Assembly: GCA_963834385.1 (NCBI GenBank)
Contig: CAWIBO010000002.1
Location: forward strand, 32,001 to 96,000
Source: an uncultured Verrucomicrobiae bacterium
GTDB lineage: Bacteria > Verrucomicrobiota > Verrucomicrobiia > Chthoniobacterales > UBA10450
Reading direction: 5' to 3'
Length of the DNA stretch: 64,000 nt
A program made the position numbers and the translations under genes. Each line of letters opens with the position of its first letter. The first letter of the stretch is position 1. The notes under the pieces are model-generated. The model saw nothing but the letters and a program-made list of their open reading frames with translations. It had not been told where the DNA came from and ran no database searches. Shown in pieces: positions 10,227-18,577 of this stretch.

Positions 10227-11183
10227 CTATTTTTGGCCAAGACTGGCGCGGAGGGCGTCGAGCTGGCCCGCGGAACCAAGCTTCCCGTTCTTGTGCGCGA
10301 TGAAATCAGCGTAGGCCTGCATGAAAATCTTGCCGGGCGGCCGGAAATCGAACTCGGCAGGTTTGTCCCGGAAAAATTCGCGATGCACCCGGGTCCAGAC
10401 GAGCCGGCCATCGGTGTCGATATTGACCTTGGTGACGCCGAGTTTGGCGGCGGGCAGATATTCCTCCTCGTTCACGCCCCGCGCGCTCGGGTCGAGTTGG
10501 CCGCCCGCTTCGTTGATGCGTTTGACCTCCTCGACCGGAACGCTGGAGCTGCCATGCATGACGATCGGCATCCCGGGACATTTTTGGGAGATCGCCTCGA
10601 TGACATCGAACCGGAGCGACTGCTGGCCCTTGAACTTGTAGGCGCCGTGGCTGGTGCCAATGGCTGCGGCCAGGGAATCGCAGCCGGAGCGCTTTACAAA
10701 TTCCACCGCCTCCTCCGGGTTGGTCAGGCAGGCGTGGCCCTCGTCCACCTTGATGTCTTCCTCGACCCCGCCCAGCATGCCGAGCTCGGCCTCAACGCTG
10801 ACGCCCTTCGCGTGCGCGCGGTCCACGACCCGTTTGGTGATGGCGATGTTCTCCTCGAAGGATTCGTGGCTGGCGTCGATCATGACCGAGCTGTAGAACC
10901 CCGAGTCGATGCAATCGTAGCATGTCTCCTCGTCCCCGTGATCGAGATGCACGGCAAAAATGGCCTCCGGAAAGATCTCCTCGGCGGTGCGGATGATGGC
11001 CTCGAGCATGCGTTTGTCCGTATATTTCCGGGCGCCCTTGGAGAGCTGGATGATGAACGGCGCCTTGCTCTGGATGCAGCCGCGGAAAAGGCCCATGGTC
11101 TGCTCGAGGTTGTTGATGTTATAGGCGCCGACCGCGAATTTTTTGTAGGCGACTTTGTAAAGCTGGTTGGTGGTAACGATCAT
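10227..11183 (-). CDS. fba: Class II fructose-bisphosphate aldolase
   Basis: AVGAYNINN, VHLDHG, SVMIDAS, EAELG, IGTSHGAYK, MHGSS, KVNIDTD. Confidence 0.95.
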   Translation of the reverse strand: MIVTTNQLYKVAYKKFAVGAYNINNLEQTMGLFRGCIQSKAPFIIQLSKGARKYTDKRMLEAIIRTAEEIFPEAIFAVHLDHGDEETCYDCIDSGFYSSVMIDASHESFEENIAITKRVVDRAHAKGVSVEAELGMLGGVEEDIKVDEGHACLTNPEEAVEFVKRSGCDSLAAAIGTSHGAYKFKGQQSLRFDVIEAISQKCPGMPIVMHGSSSVPVEEVKRINEAGGQLDPSARGVNEEEYLPAAKLGVTKVNIDTDGRLVWTRVHREFFRDKPAEFDFRPPGKIFMQAYADFIAHKNGKLGSAGQLDALRASLGQK

Positions 11184-11282
11184 TGGTTGATGCTGGTTGA
11201 AGTGCCGGTGCCGGCAGGCGGGATCCCGGCCTCCCTGGCAGGGGATTCTAGAAGCGAATCCGCGAAAGCAAAAATCGAAAAA

Positions 11283-13286
11283 TCAGTGACCGTTGCTCTG
11301 CAGGGGCAGAACCACGGTAACCCGCGTGCCGCGCGGGTTGGAGTCGATGTCAACCCGGCCGTTGTGGTCGAAGACAGTCCGTTTCACGATCGGCAGGCCG
11401 AGGCCCATGCCGCGGGCCTTGGTGGTGCAGAAGGGTGAGAAGACCTTTTCCTTCATGTCCGGTGCGATCCCGCGACCATTATCCTGCACGGTCACGGCCA
11501 CGCCGCTGGTCTCATCGCCTTCGCGGATTGGTTTGGCGGCCAGGGTGACCTGCGGTTTCTGCTGCCCGGTGGTGGCCTCGGCCGCGTTGGTCACAAGGTG
11601 GGCAAAGGCCTCGGTCAGGGCGGTTTCATCGCCCATGACGGAGGGGAGATTCTGCGGCAGCGACGTTTCAATGGGCATGCCGTTGCCGGCAAGACGCTGG
11701 CGGGCGAGGTCAACCGCCTTGCGTACGGCCGCGCCAAGGTCCACCGGCTTGATGATCAGCTCGGGCGGGTGGGCGAAGTTGTTGATCTGGGTGATGATCT
11801 TGTCGAGCCGGTCGATCTCCTGCACCACGATCTGGTTGAAATCCTTGCGGAAATCGGCGTCGTCGAACCGCTCGGGCAGGAGCTGGGCGAAGGTCTTGAT
11901 CGCGACGAGCGGGTTGCGGATTTCGTGCGACATGCTGGCCGCGAGATCAGTCCAGAAAGTGGCGCGGTCGAGCAGGTCCTGTTTTTGCCGGAGGCTCTCC
12001 TCCGCGGTGAGATCATGGATGACCGCGACGGCGCCGAGCGGGGTGCGCTGGTCCGAGAGTTTGCGGGTCTCGGCCTGGAGGGATTTCTGGGAATTGCGCT
12101 CGACCCACTGGCGTGGGGGCAGGGTGGACTTGCCATCGAGGGTATCGCGGAGGAACCCGGCCAAAAACGTCCCGAGTGCTTCGACCGGACGATTCAGAAC
12201 GTCGTTGGGGGACAATCCGAGCATTTGCTCCGCGGTCGGGTTAAACCAGCGGACCACGCCGTCCTCGTCGGTGGCGACGATGCCGGGTGGGATCGACTTG
12301 AGCAGCGTTTCGGCGAGCGTTTTCTGGAGGGTGATTTCCTCGTAGAGCAGGGCGTTCTCGAGAACGGTGGAAACGTGCTCGGCCAGGATGGTGAGGCCCT
12401 CGAGGTCGTTGTAATCGAACGGCTGGCCGGTGACGCGATGGCCGAAAAAGAGCCAGCCGATGATGCGGCCCCGGGCGTAAAGGGGGACGATGACCTCGGC
12501 GCCGAAGGTGTCGAGGGCGCGTCGCTGCAGAGCGCGCTGGGAGGGATCGACCGCGTGGGCGAGGTTGGCGCGGCAGATCAGGTGGGCATGGAGCTCGAAC
12601 CAGCGAACGAGCGGGTCGCGCTCGCCGAACTCGATCTCGTAGGTCTCCGGCAGGCAGCGAAGTCCCGCCCGGAGGCGATAGCGGTCGCCCTGACGAATGC
12701 GCGAGAAGATGCCGACCCGCGTGACCGTGGCGGCGTCCGCCACGCTCTCGACCACGCTGGCGAGGAGCGCGTCGACATTGTCGAACCGACGGAAAACGCG
12801 CGGGAAGCGCATGATGGGAAGAGAAGGGCTGCTGAACCGGTCGGGCAACCGCTCGAGGGGGCGGGCAGGCACGGGCACAGGCGCGAGGGTCGATTGCTCG
12901 CGCAGATCGCGATTCTCCTGTTTGACCCGGAGGAAATCAAAAGCGCGACCGACCAGGGCCTGGAACCGGCGGCGGTCGAGCTGGAGATCTTCCACCGCGT
13001 AGATGCCGCTCTGTTCGGCCTCGCGCAGCGGATCGGAGCGGGGCGTGCCGAGCGCCGTGATGAGCACATCGGGCCACTCCTGCTGGACCTGGTCGAGCAG
13101 GTCGCGCGAATCCTTTGCCCGCAGGTCGAGGAGGAGCAGGGCCGGGGTGGTCTGTTGCAGCACGCTGTCCAGGCGGTCGGCGTCGGCCACGTGGCGGATC
13201 TCGGCCACGGAACGCAGGAAAGCCTTCACCCGGCGGGCGAGATCGGCATCCTGAGTATAGAGAACGACCGCGGGAGTGGGGATCAT
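11283..13286 (-). CDS. Cytoplasmic histidine kinase: degenerate REC-like, GAF, PAS, HisKA, HATPase
   Basis: H-box SHEIRNPLVAIKTFAQLLPER, DNGRGI, PFCTTK, GMGLGL; GAF (VIVPLY...FGHRVTGQPF); overlaps the upstream kinase by ATGA. Confidence 0.92.
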   Translation of the reverse strand: MIPTPAVVLYTQDADLARRVKAFLRSVAEIRHVADADRLDSVLQQTTPALLLLDLRAKDSRDLLDQVQQEWPDVLITALGTPRSDPLREAEQSGIYAVEDLQLDRRRFQALVGRAFDFLRVKQENRDLREQSTLAPVPVPARPLERLPDRFSSPSLPIMRFPRVFRRFDNVDALLASVVESVADAATVTRVGIFSRIRQGDRYRLRAGLRCLPETYEIEFGERDPLVRWFELHAHLICRANLAHAVDPSQRALQRRALDTFGAEVIVPLYARGRIIGWLFFGHRVTGQPFDYNDLEGLTILAEHVSTVLENALLYEEITLQKTLAETLLKSIPPGIVATDEDGVVRWFNPTAEQMLGLSPNDVLNRPVEALGTFLAGFLRDTLDGKSTLPPRQWVERNSQKSLQAETRKLSDQRTPLGAVAVIHDLTAEESLRQKQDLLDRATFWTDLAASMSHEIRNPLVAIKTFAQLLPERFDDADFRKDFNQIVVQEIDRLDKIITQINNFAHPPELIIKPVDLGAAVRKAVDLARQRLAGNGMPIETSLPQNLPSVMGDETALTEAFAHLVTNAAEATTGQQKPQVTLAAKPIREGDETSGVAVTVQDNGRGIAPDMKEKVFSPFCTTKARGMGLGLPIVKRTVFDHNGRVDIDSNPRGTRVTVVLPLQSNGH

Positions 13287-15811
13287 GCCGCGGCTACTTC
13301 GCTCTCAAAACGCACCAGCGGAAGAAGAATATGAAAAGCGGTGCCTTTTTTCACCTCGCTCTCGACCTCGATCTGGCCGCCGTGTTCCTGGATGATCCCG
13401 TGCACCACCGAGAGGCCGAGGCCGGTCCCGTAGTCCTTGGTCGTGAAGAACGGGTCAAAAACCTGTCCGATGTCCTCGGGGCGGATCCCCTCGCCGCTGT
13501 CGCGGATGGTGACGCGCAGGATTTCCTGGGTGCTGCCGTTCGTTCGGGAAAGGGCGGAGACGACATGGTCATCGCGGGTGATGCGCGTGCTCACGGCGAG
13601 TTCGCCGCCTGTGCCCATAGCGTCCATGGCGTTGATGAAGAAATTTAGAAAGACCTGCTCCAGCTGGTCAGCGTCGGCGCGGATTGTATCAACTTCCGCC
13701 TGCCATGCCCGCGTTAATTTAATATCTTTTTGGTAGAGGCGATGGCCGACGAGCTGGAGCGATTTCTCGAGCGTCTCGTGGACGTGCATCGGTTTGAGGA
13801 GGGGCTTGGCCGGGCGGGCGAAGCGGAGGAGTTGGTTGACCAGGCTGTCAATGCGGTCGATTTCGTGCCCGATCAGGTTGGAAAAGGTCTCGCGGAAATC
13901 GGAATCCTGGTAACGCTCCGGGAGAAGCTGGGCAAAGGTCTTGATCGAGACGAGGGGGTTCTTGATCTCGTGGGCCATCCCGGCGGAGAGCGTGCCAAGG
14001 CTGGCCAGACGGTCGCTCCGCCGGATCTGCAACTCGAGCTGCTTGAGCGCGGAAATATCGGTCAGCACCAGCAAGGCGCCCAGGGTGGCGCCATCCTCGT
14101 CGCGGAAGATGGAGCTGCTGGCCCGGACAATGCGCGGCCGGCTGCCATCGCCGACGCGCATCTCCGGGTCCTCCTTGCGTTCGCCCGTCTGGAGGGTGGC
14201 GAGGAGCATGCGGCAGAGGTCGGCCGGCAGCCGGTCGATTTCCTGGCCGAGAATGTCAGCGGCGTTCAGCCCGGTGATGAGCTCGGCTTCGTGGTTGAAA
14301 ACGGTGACCTGCTGCTGGGCATCGGCGGCAATGACGCCGGTGGTAAGGTTTTGCAGCAGCGTTTCATTATAAATCTTGGCGTTCTGGACCTCGGTGAAAA
14401 GCTCCGCGTTCTCGATCGCGACGGCGAGCTGTCCGCACAGGACCTGGAGGGCGTTTTGCTCCGGGATCCCGTACATTCGCCCGGAGAGCCGCGGGCCGAG
14501 AACCATGACGCCGGCCAGGTGTTCGCGTGAGGCGATCGGCATGGCGATGGCGACCTGGAGCCCCTCCATCAGGGCGGCCACGCGCCGCAGCTGCGGGGTG
14601 AGACGAATACGACGCAGTTCCTCGAGCACGAGCGGTTCCCGGGTCTCTTCCAGTTGCTGAACGAGCGGGCTCTCCCGGTCGAACTCGAGCAGATCGCGCT
14701 GCAGCTCGTTTTCCGGGAGGGGATACCGCTGGATGAGGCCACCGCGTGCCGGGAGGAGAATGACGACGCGATCTGTCTTCATGGCCTCGGTGACGGTGGC
14801 GCCGAAGCGTTCCATCAGTTCGCGGAGAGTGCTGACCGAGTTGAGGATGGTGGCGGCCTTGCTCACGGTGGCGCCGAAGTCGAGTTGCCGGCTGCCGACG
14901 AAGAGACGGTCTGCCAGGCGCTGGGAAATGCCGCGGGCCGGGGCCATGGCAAAGGCAACGACGAGAGCGGCGACGATGTGGGCCATTTGTGTCCCCCCCG
15001 ATCCGATGAAAGGGACGAGGGCGGTGGTGACCAGCCACCAGACCGCGCCGTAGAGAGTGAGGAGATAAAGGGTGAGCAGGGCGTAGGAGATCACCCGGCG
15101 AAAGAAAACGCCCACTTCCATGATGCGCCGGGTGGTGATGCCGTAGGCGATGATGAGGCTGAACAGAACGATGCGGAAAGGAGCGAGCCAGTTCAGGAGC
15201 GACTGGTGCACAAAAGGCCGGATGAAAAGGGCCAGGAGAGTCAGGCCGAGGATGACGGCCGTGCCCATGAGGATGAAAGAAAGCTCCGTGCGCTCGCGGC
15301 CGCGGGCGTTCTTGATGTCCCGAACGTAAAGCACCAGGAGCGCGAGCCCGGCGGCGGCGAAATAGATGCTGTAGAGGTAGACGCCGTTTCCGTAGACCGG
15401 AACAGGGGTCAGGTTGGGCGCCCCCTGGGCCTGCGAGAAGACCGTGTCGGCCATGAAGAAAGGAGTCTGGCAGAGGAGAACAATGCCGAGGGCGGCGCCC
15501 AGCCAGTAGCGGGTGCCGAAGAGAAGCTCCCGCCAGCTCTGGTTCGGTCTCTTGATCGAGATCCGGAGGAGATTGAAGGAATAGAGAAGGAAGGCGCCGG
15601 CGGCAGAGGCCTGCCTGATGTAGAACTCGGCAGTGGCGAGATTCTCGGTGATCGAGATCAGGTAAAGGCTGCCCAGCCAGACGGCGATGGTGCTGGAGAG
15701 GACGAGGAAGGTCTGATTGGATTTGCGGCCGGGGCTGGCCTGGAAAACCGCGAAGCCCAGCGCGATCTGGATGATCTGGGCGACAAGGATGGGCGTGGTC
15801 GCAGCGTTCAT
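13283..15811 (-). CDS. Multi-TM membrane sensor histidine kinase with GAF and PAS domains
   Basis: About 8-9 N-terminal hydrophobic helices, GAF (IAMPI...LGPRLSGRMY), PAS, H-box AHEIKNPLVSIKTFAQLLPER, DSGEGI, PFFTTK, GTGLGL. Confidence 0.93.
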   Translation of the reverse strand: MNAATTPILVAQIIQIALGFAVFQASPGRKSNQTFLVLSSTIAVWLGSLYLISITENLATAEFYIRQASAAGAFLLYSFNLLRISIKRPNQSWRELLFGTRYWLGAALGIVLLCQTPFFMADTVFSQAQGAPNLTPVPVYGNGVYLYSIYFAAAGLALLVLYVRDIKNARGRERTELSFILMGTAVILGLTLLALFIRPFVHQSLLNWLAPFRIVLFSLIIAYGITTRRIMEVGVFFRRVISYALLTLYLLTLYGAVWWLVTTALVPFIGSGGTQMAHIVAALVVAFAMAPARGISQRLADRLFVGSRQLDFGATVSKAATILNSVSTLRELMERFGATVTEAMKTDRVVILLPARGGLIQRYPLPENELQRDLLEFDRESPLVQQLEETREPLVLEELRRIRLTPQLRRVAALMEGLQVAIAMPIASREHLAGVMVLGPRLSGRMYGIPEQNALQVLCGQLAVAIENAELFTEVQNAKIYNETLLQNLTTGVIAADAQQQVTVFNHEAELITGLNAADILGQEIDRLPADLCRMLLATLQTGERKEDPEMRVGDGSRPRIVRASSSIFRDEDGATLGALLVLTDISALKQLELQIRRSDRLASLGTLSAGMAHEIKNPLVSIKTFAQLLPERYQDSDFRETFSNLIGHEIDRIDSLVNQLLRFARPAKPLLKPMHVHETLEKSLQLVGHRLYQKDIKLTRAWQAEVDTIRADADQLEQVFLNFFINAMDAMGTGGELAVSTRITRDDHVVSALSRTNGSTQEILRVTIRDSGEGIRPEDIGQVFDPFFTTKDYGTGLGLSVVHGIIQEHGGQIEVESEVKKGTAFHILLPLVRFESEVAAA

Positions 15812-15872
15812 CCGGTGCGGCGTGCGGGCTGGGAGGTGGGAAAACGAGGATCGCGCTCCATACCGTCGCGCG

Positions 15873-17114
15873 TCAGGCCGCCGGGCGAAGAATAATCATG
15901 GTCGCGGCGCTGCCCCCGATGCCGCGCACATTGACCAGGGCGCGGTCGATCCGGGTCCTGCGGGGCCGGTTGGCCACAAAGTTCAAATCGCACTTGGGAT
16001 CGGGGTTTTCGTAGTTGGCGGTGGGCGGGATGAGCTGGTCGCGCATGCTCAAGGCGCAGGCGATCAGCTGGAACGGGCCGCCGGCGGCCATGGCATTGCC
16101 GGTCACACCTTTGATTGAATTGACCGGGATATCGTAGGCGCGCGGCCCGAAAACCTCCTTGATGCTGGCGACTTCCGTTTCATCCAGCACCGGATGGCCC
16201 GGTCCGTAGGCGGAAATATAGTCGATCTGGTTGATATCGAGCCCGCCGTTGGCGAGCGCCAGCTTCATGGAATCGGCCAGGCCCGAGCCGGGCCGGCCGG
16301 CATCGCGGTCGCGTTGTTTTCCGTAACAGCAGATCTCAAAATGGATTTGCGCGCCGCGCGCTTCCGCCCGCGCCAGGTTTTCCAGGATCATGACGCCGGC
16401 GCCTTCCGCCAGGACGCCCGAGTCGCGTTCCAGGTCAAAGGGCCGGCTGGCTTTCTCCGGTTCGTCGTTGCGGCAGGAGCTCAGCCCGCTGGCAATGAAC
16501 ATCGACAGGGCCAGGGGCGTGATCGGGGTGTCCGTTCCCCCCGCGATGGCCACCTCTGCCTCGCCGGAGCGGATCATTTCCGCGGCCGTGGCAACGGCAT
16601 CAAGGCCCGATGGGCAGGCGGAGGAAATCGTGGCGGCATCGGCGCTCAGGCCGATCCGGTCGGCGATCATGTTGGCCGCCGCCTGCGGGATCATATGGGC
16701 CGCCGTGCTGGGGGCAGCCCGGTTGGGGCCCTTTTGCTCGACGTCCTCGAAGGCTTTTTCCAGCACATCAATGGCGCTGGAACTCACCCCGATCACCACC
16801 GGCGTCGGGCTGGGAAAATCGAGGTTCTTGGGATCGTAGCCGGCGTTCTCCAAGGCCATCATGGTGGCGGCAAAAGCGAACTGCGTATGCCGGGCCATGC
16901 GTTTCGGTTTCAGCTCGGGCTCGATGAAGTCCTGCGGATCGAAATTTTTCACCTCGCCCGCGATCCGGCTTTTGAACCCGGTGGTGTCAAAGTGGGTGAT
17001 GGGCGCGATGCCGCTGCGGCCGCTGAGAAGGGAATCCCAGAAAGCCTTCAAACCGATGCCATTTGGGGCGACCACGCCCATCCCGGTCACGACGACACGA
17101 TTTTTTTTTCTCAT
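15873..17114 (-). CDS. FabF-like beta-ketoacyl synthase family protein with atypical active site
   Basis: RVVVTGMGVVAPNG, SRIAGEVKNFDP, SSACPSG (Cys kept), SRPFDLERD, EGAG. His motifs are altered (AYGPGH, KGVTGNAMAAGG). Start ATG at 17114. Confidence 0.9.
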   Translation of the reverse strand: MRKKNRVVVTGMGVVAPNGIGLKAFWDSLLSGRSGIAPITHFDTTGFKSRIAGEVKNFDPQDFIEPELKPKRMARHTQFAFAATMMALENAGYDPKNLDFPSPTPVVIGVSSSAIDVLEKAFEDVEQKGPNRAAPSTAAHMIPQAAANMIADRIGLSADAATISSACPSGLDAVATAAEMIRSGEAEVAIAGGTDTPITPLALSMFIASGLSSCRNDEPEKASRPFDLERDSGVLAEGAGVMILENLARAEARGAQIHFEICCYGKQRDRDAGRPGSGLADSMKLALANGGLDINQIDYISAYGPGHPVLDETEVASIKEVFGPRAYDIPVNSIKGVTGNAMAAGGPFQLIACALSMRDQLIPPTANYENPDPKCDLNFVANRPRRTRIDRALVNVRGIGGSAATMIILRPAA

Positions 17115-17253
17115 GGAGTTATCGGTCCCGTTTCTTCTCACAACTGAATGCCCGGGGAGGAAGGTTTTTTAATGGTTATGTAATTTCTGGTAATTTCGGG
17201 AGACTTCTGCGTCGCCCACTGTTATTCACCAAATTTGAGAGTTATTCACAAGT

Positions 17254-17269
17254 TGCATCTTGCGTGCCG
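17254..17269 (-). promoter_or_regulatory. Putative sigma54 (-24/-12) promoter for the ketosynthase-kinase genes
   Basis: Minus strand reads CGGCACGCAAGATGCA: exact GG-N10-GC spacing and close to TGGCACG-N4-TTGC(A/T), inside an AT-rich intergenic region. Confidence 0.6.
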
Positions 17270-17376
17270 GAACAATTTGTTTCACCCTCGGGCCCGCCGC
17301 CACTCCTCGATTTCCGCTCCTCCCGTAAATCGTTCGTTGTCGGGCACAACCTTAGCTCTATCCCTGCCTCGCACCC

Positions 17377-18531
17377 ATGATCGCTTCTCCTGATCTGCCG
17401 CAGGTCCTTGTCATCGACGATGAAATAGGCCCCCGCGAGAGCCTGCGCATGCTTCTCAAGCCCAGTTACCGCGTCCACACCGCCGAATGCGTCGCCGACG
17501 GTGTCCGTCTTCTCCAGGAAAAAAAACCTGATGCCGTCATCACCGATATCCGCATGCCCGGCGTGAGCGGCATCGACGGCCTGCGCCAGATCCGCGAGAT
17601 CGACCCGCATGTCTCGGTCATCATGCTGACCGGGTTCGGCGCCCTGGAAACGGCGCAGGAGGCGCTTCGGCTCGGGGCCAACGATTATATCAGCAAGCCG
17701 TTCGACGCCCGCGAAATGCGCGAGGTCATCAGCCGCAACGTCGAGCGCACCCGGGTGCACCGCGCGGGGGAGAACGCCGCCCTGGAAATCCGCGGATTAA
17801 ACGATCGCCTCCTCAAAGAGCTGGCCCAGAAAGAACGCCTGGCCTCGCTCGGCCAGGCCTCGGCCGAGTTCGTCCACGATATCAGCAACCCGCTCACCAT
17901 CGTCTGGGGTTACGTCCAACTGCTTGCGCGCAAACTCGAGCAGCAGGAGAAAACCGAGGGCGAATCGGCCGCGTCCGCCCGTGAATTAAATATCATCGAA
18001 CAGAATGTCCGTCTCTGCCGCGACCTCCTGGTCATGTGGCAGAGCTACGGCAGCGAGGAAGCGGCGCCGCACAAGCCCATCTCGGTTTCCTCCATTGTTC
18101 GCGACGTCATCAAGGCCATGGAGGGCATGGCGGCGCAGCACAAAGTGACGCTGACCGGGCAGGTCTGCGAGGAACCGGGCAGCCTCCTGGGCGACGCCGT
18201 CCAGGTCCAGCGCGCCATCCAGAACGTGGTCACCAACGCCGTGCAGGCGGCGGCGGAAAGGGATAATGGCGGCACGGTCTCCGTCTCCTGCCAGCAACGG
18301 GAATTTTACACCGACGTGCGCGTGGAAGATTCCGGCACGGGGATGACCCCGGAACAGATCATCAAAATTTTCGATCCTTACTTCACGACCAAGCAGGGCA
18401 AGAGCGGCACCGGCCTCGGCCTCTACATCACGAAGAAGGTGGTCGATGATCATAACGGTTCGATCAAGGTCGACAGCACGCCGGGTGCGGGCAGCGTTTT
18501 TACCATCCGCCTTCCGCTGCTGAACGCCTGA
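17377..18531 (+). CDS. Hybrid response regulator/histidine kinase (REC-HisKA-HATPase)
   Basis: VLVIDDE, TDIRMPG, LTGFG, YISKPF; FVHDISNPL; EDSGTGM, YFTTK, GTGLGL. Confidence 0.93.
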   Translation: MIASPDLPQVLVIDDEIGPRESLRMLLKPSYRVHTAECVADGVRLLQEKKPDAVITDIRMPGVSGIDGLRQIREIDPHVSVIMLTGFGALETAQEALRLGANDYISKPFDAREMREVISRNVERTRVHRAGENAALEIRGLNDRLLKELAQKERLASLGQASAEFVHDISNPLTIVWGYVQLLARKLEQQEKTEGESAASARELNIIEQNVRLCRDLLVMWQSYGSEEAAPHKPISVSSIVRDVIKAMEGMAAQHKVTLTGQVCEEPGSLLGDAVQVQRAIQNVVTNAVQAAAERDNGGTVSVSCQQREFYTDVRVEDSGTGMTPEQIIKIFDPYFTTKQGKSGTGLGLYITKKVVDDHNGSIKVDSTPGAGSVFTIRLPLLNA

Positions 18532-18577
18532 GTCACTTTCGCTTGTCAGCACCGGTCGCATCCGGTTTGTTCGCGAG

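Noticed and set aside
17180..17300. oriC (DnaA-box-like TTATTCACA, AT-rich, parA nearby)
   Set aside because: Only one good and one imperfect box, no dnaA/dnaN/gidA context; better explained as a promoter region.
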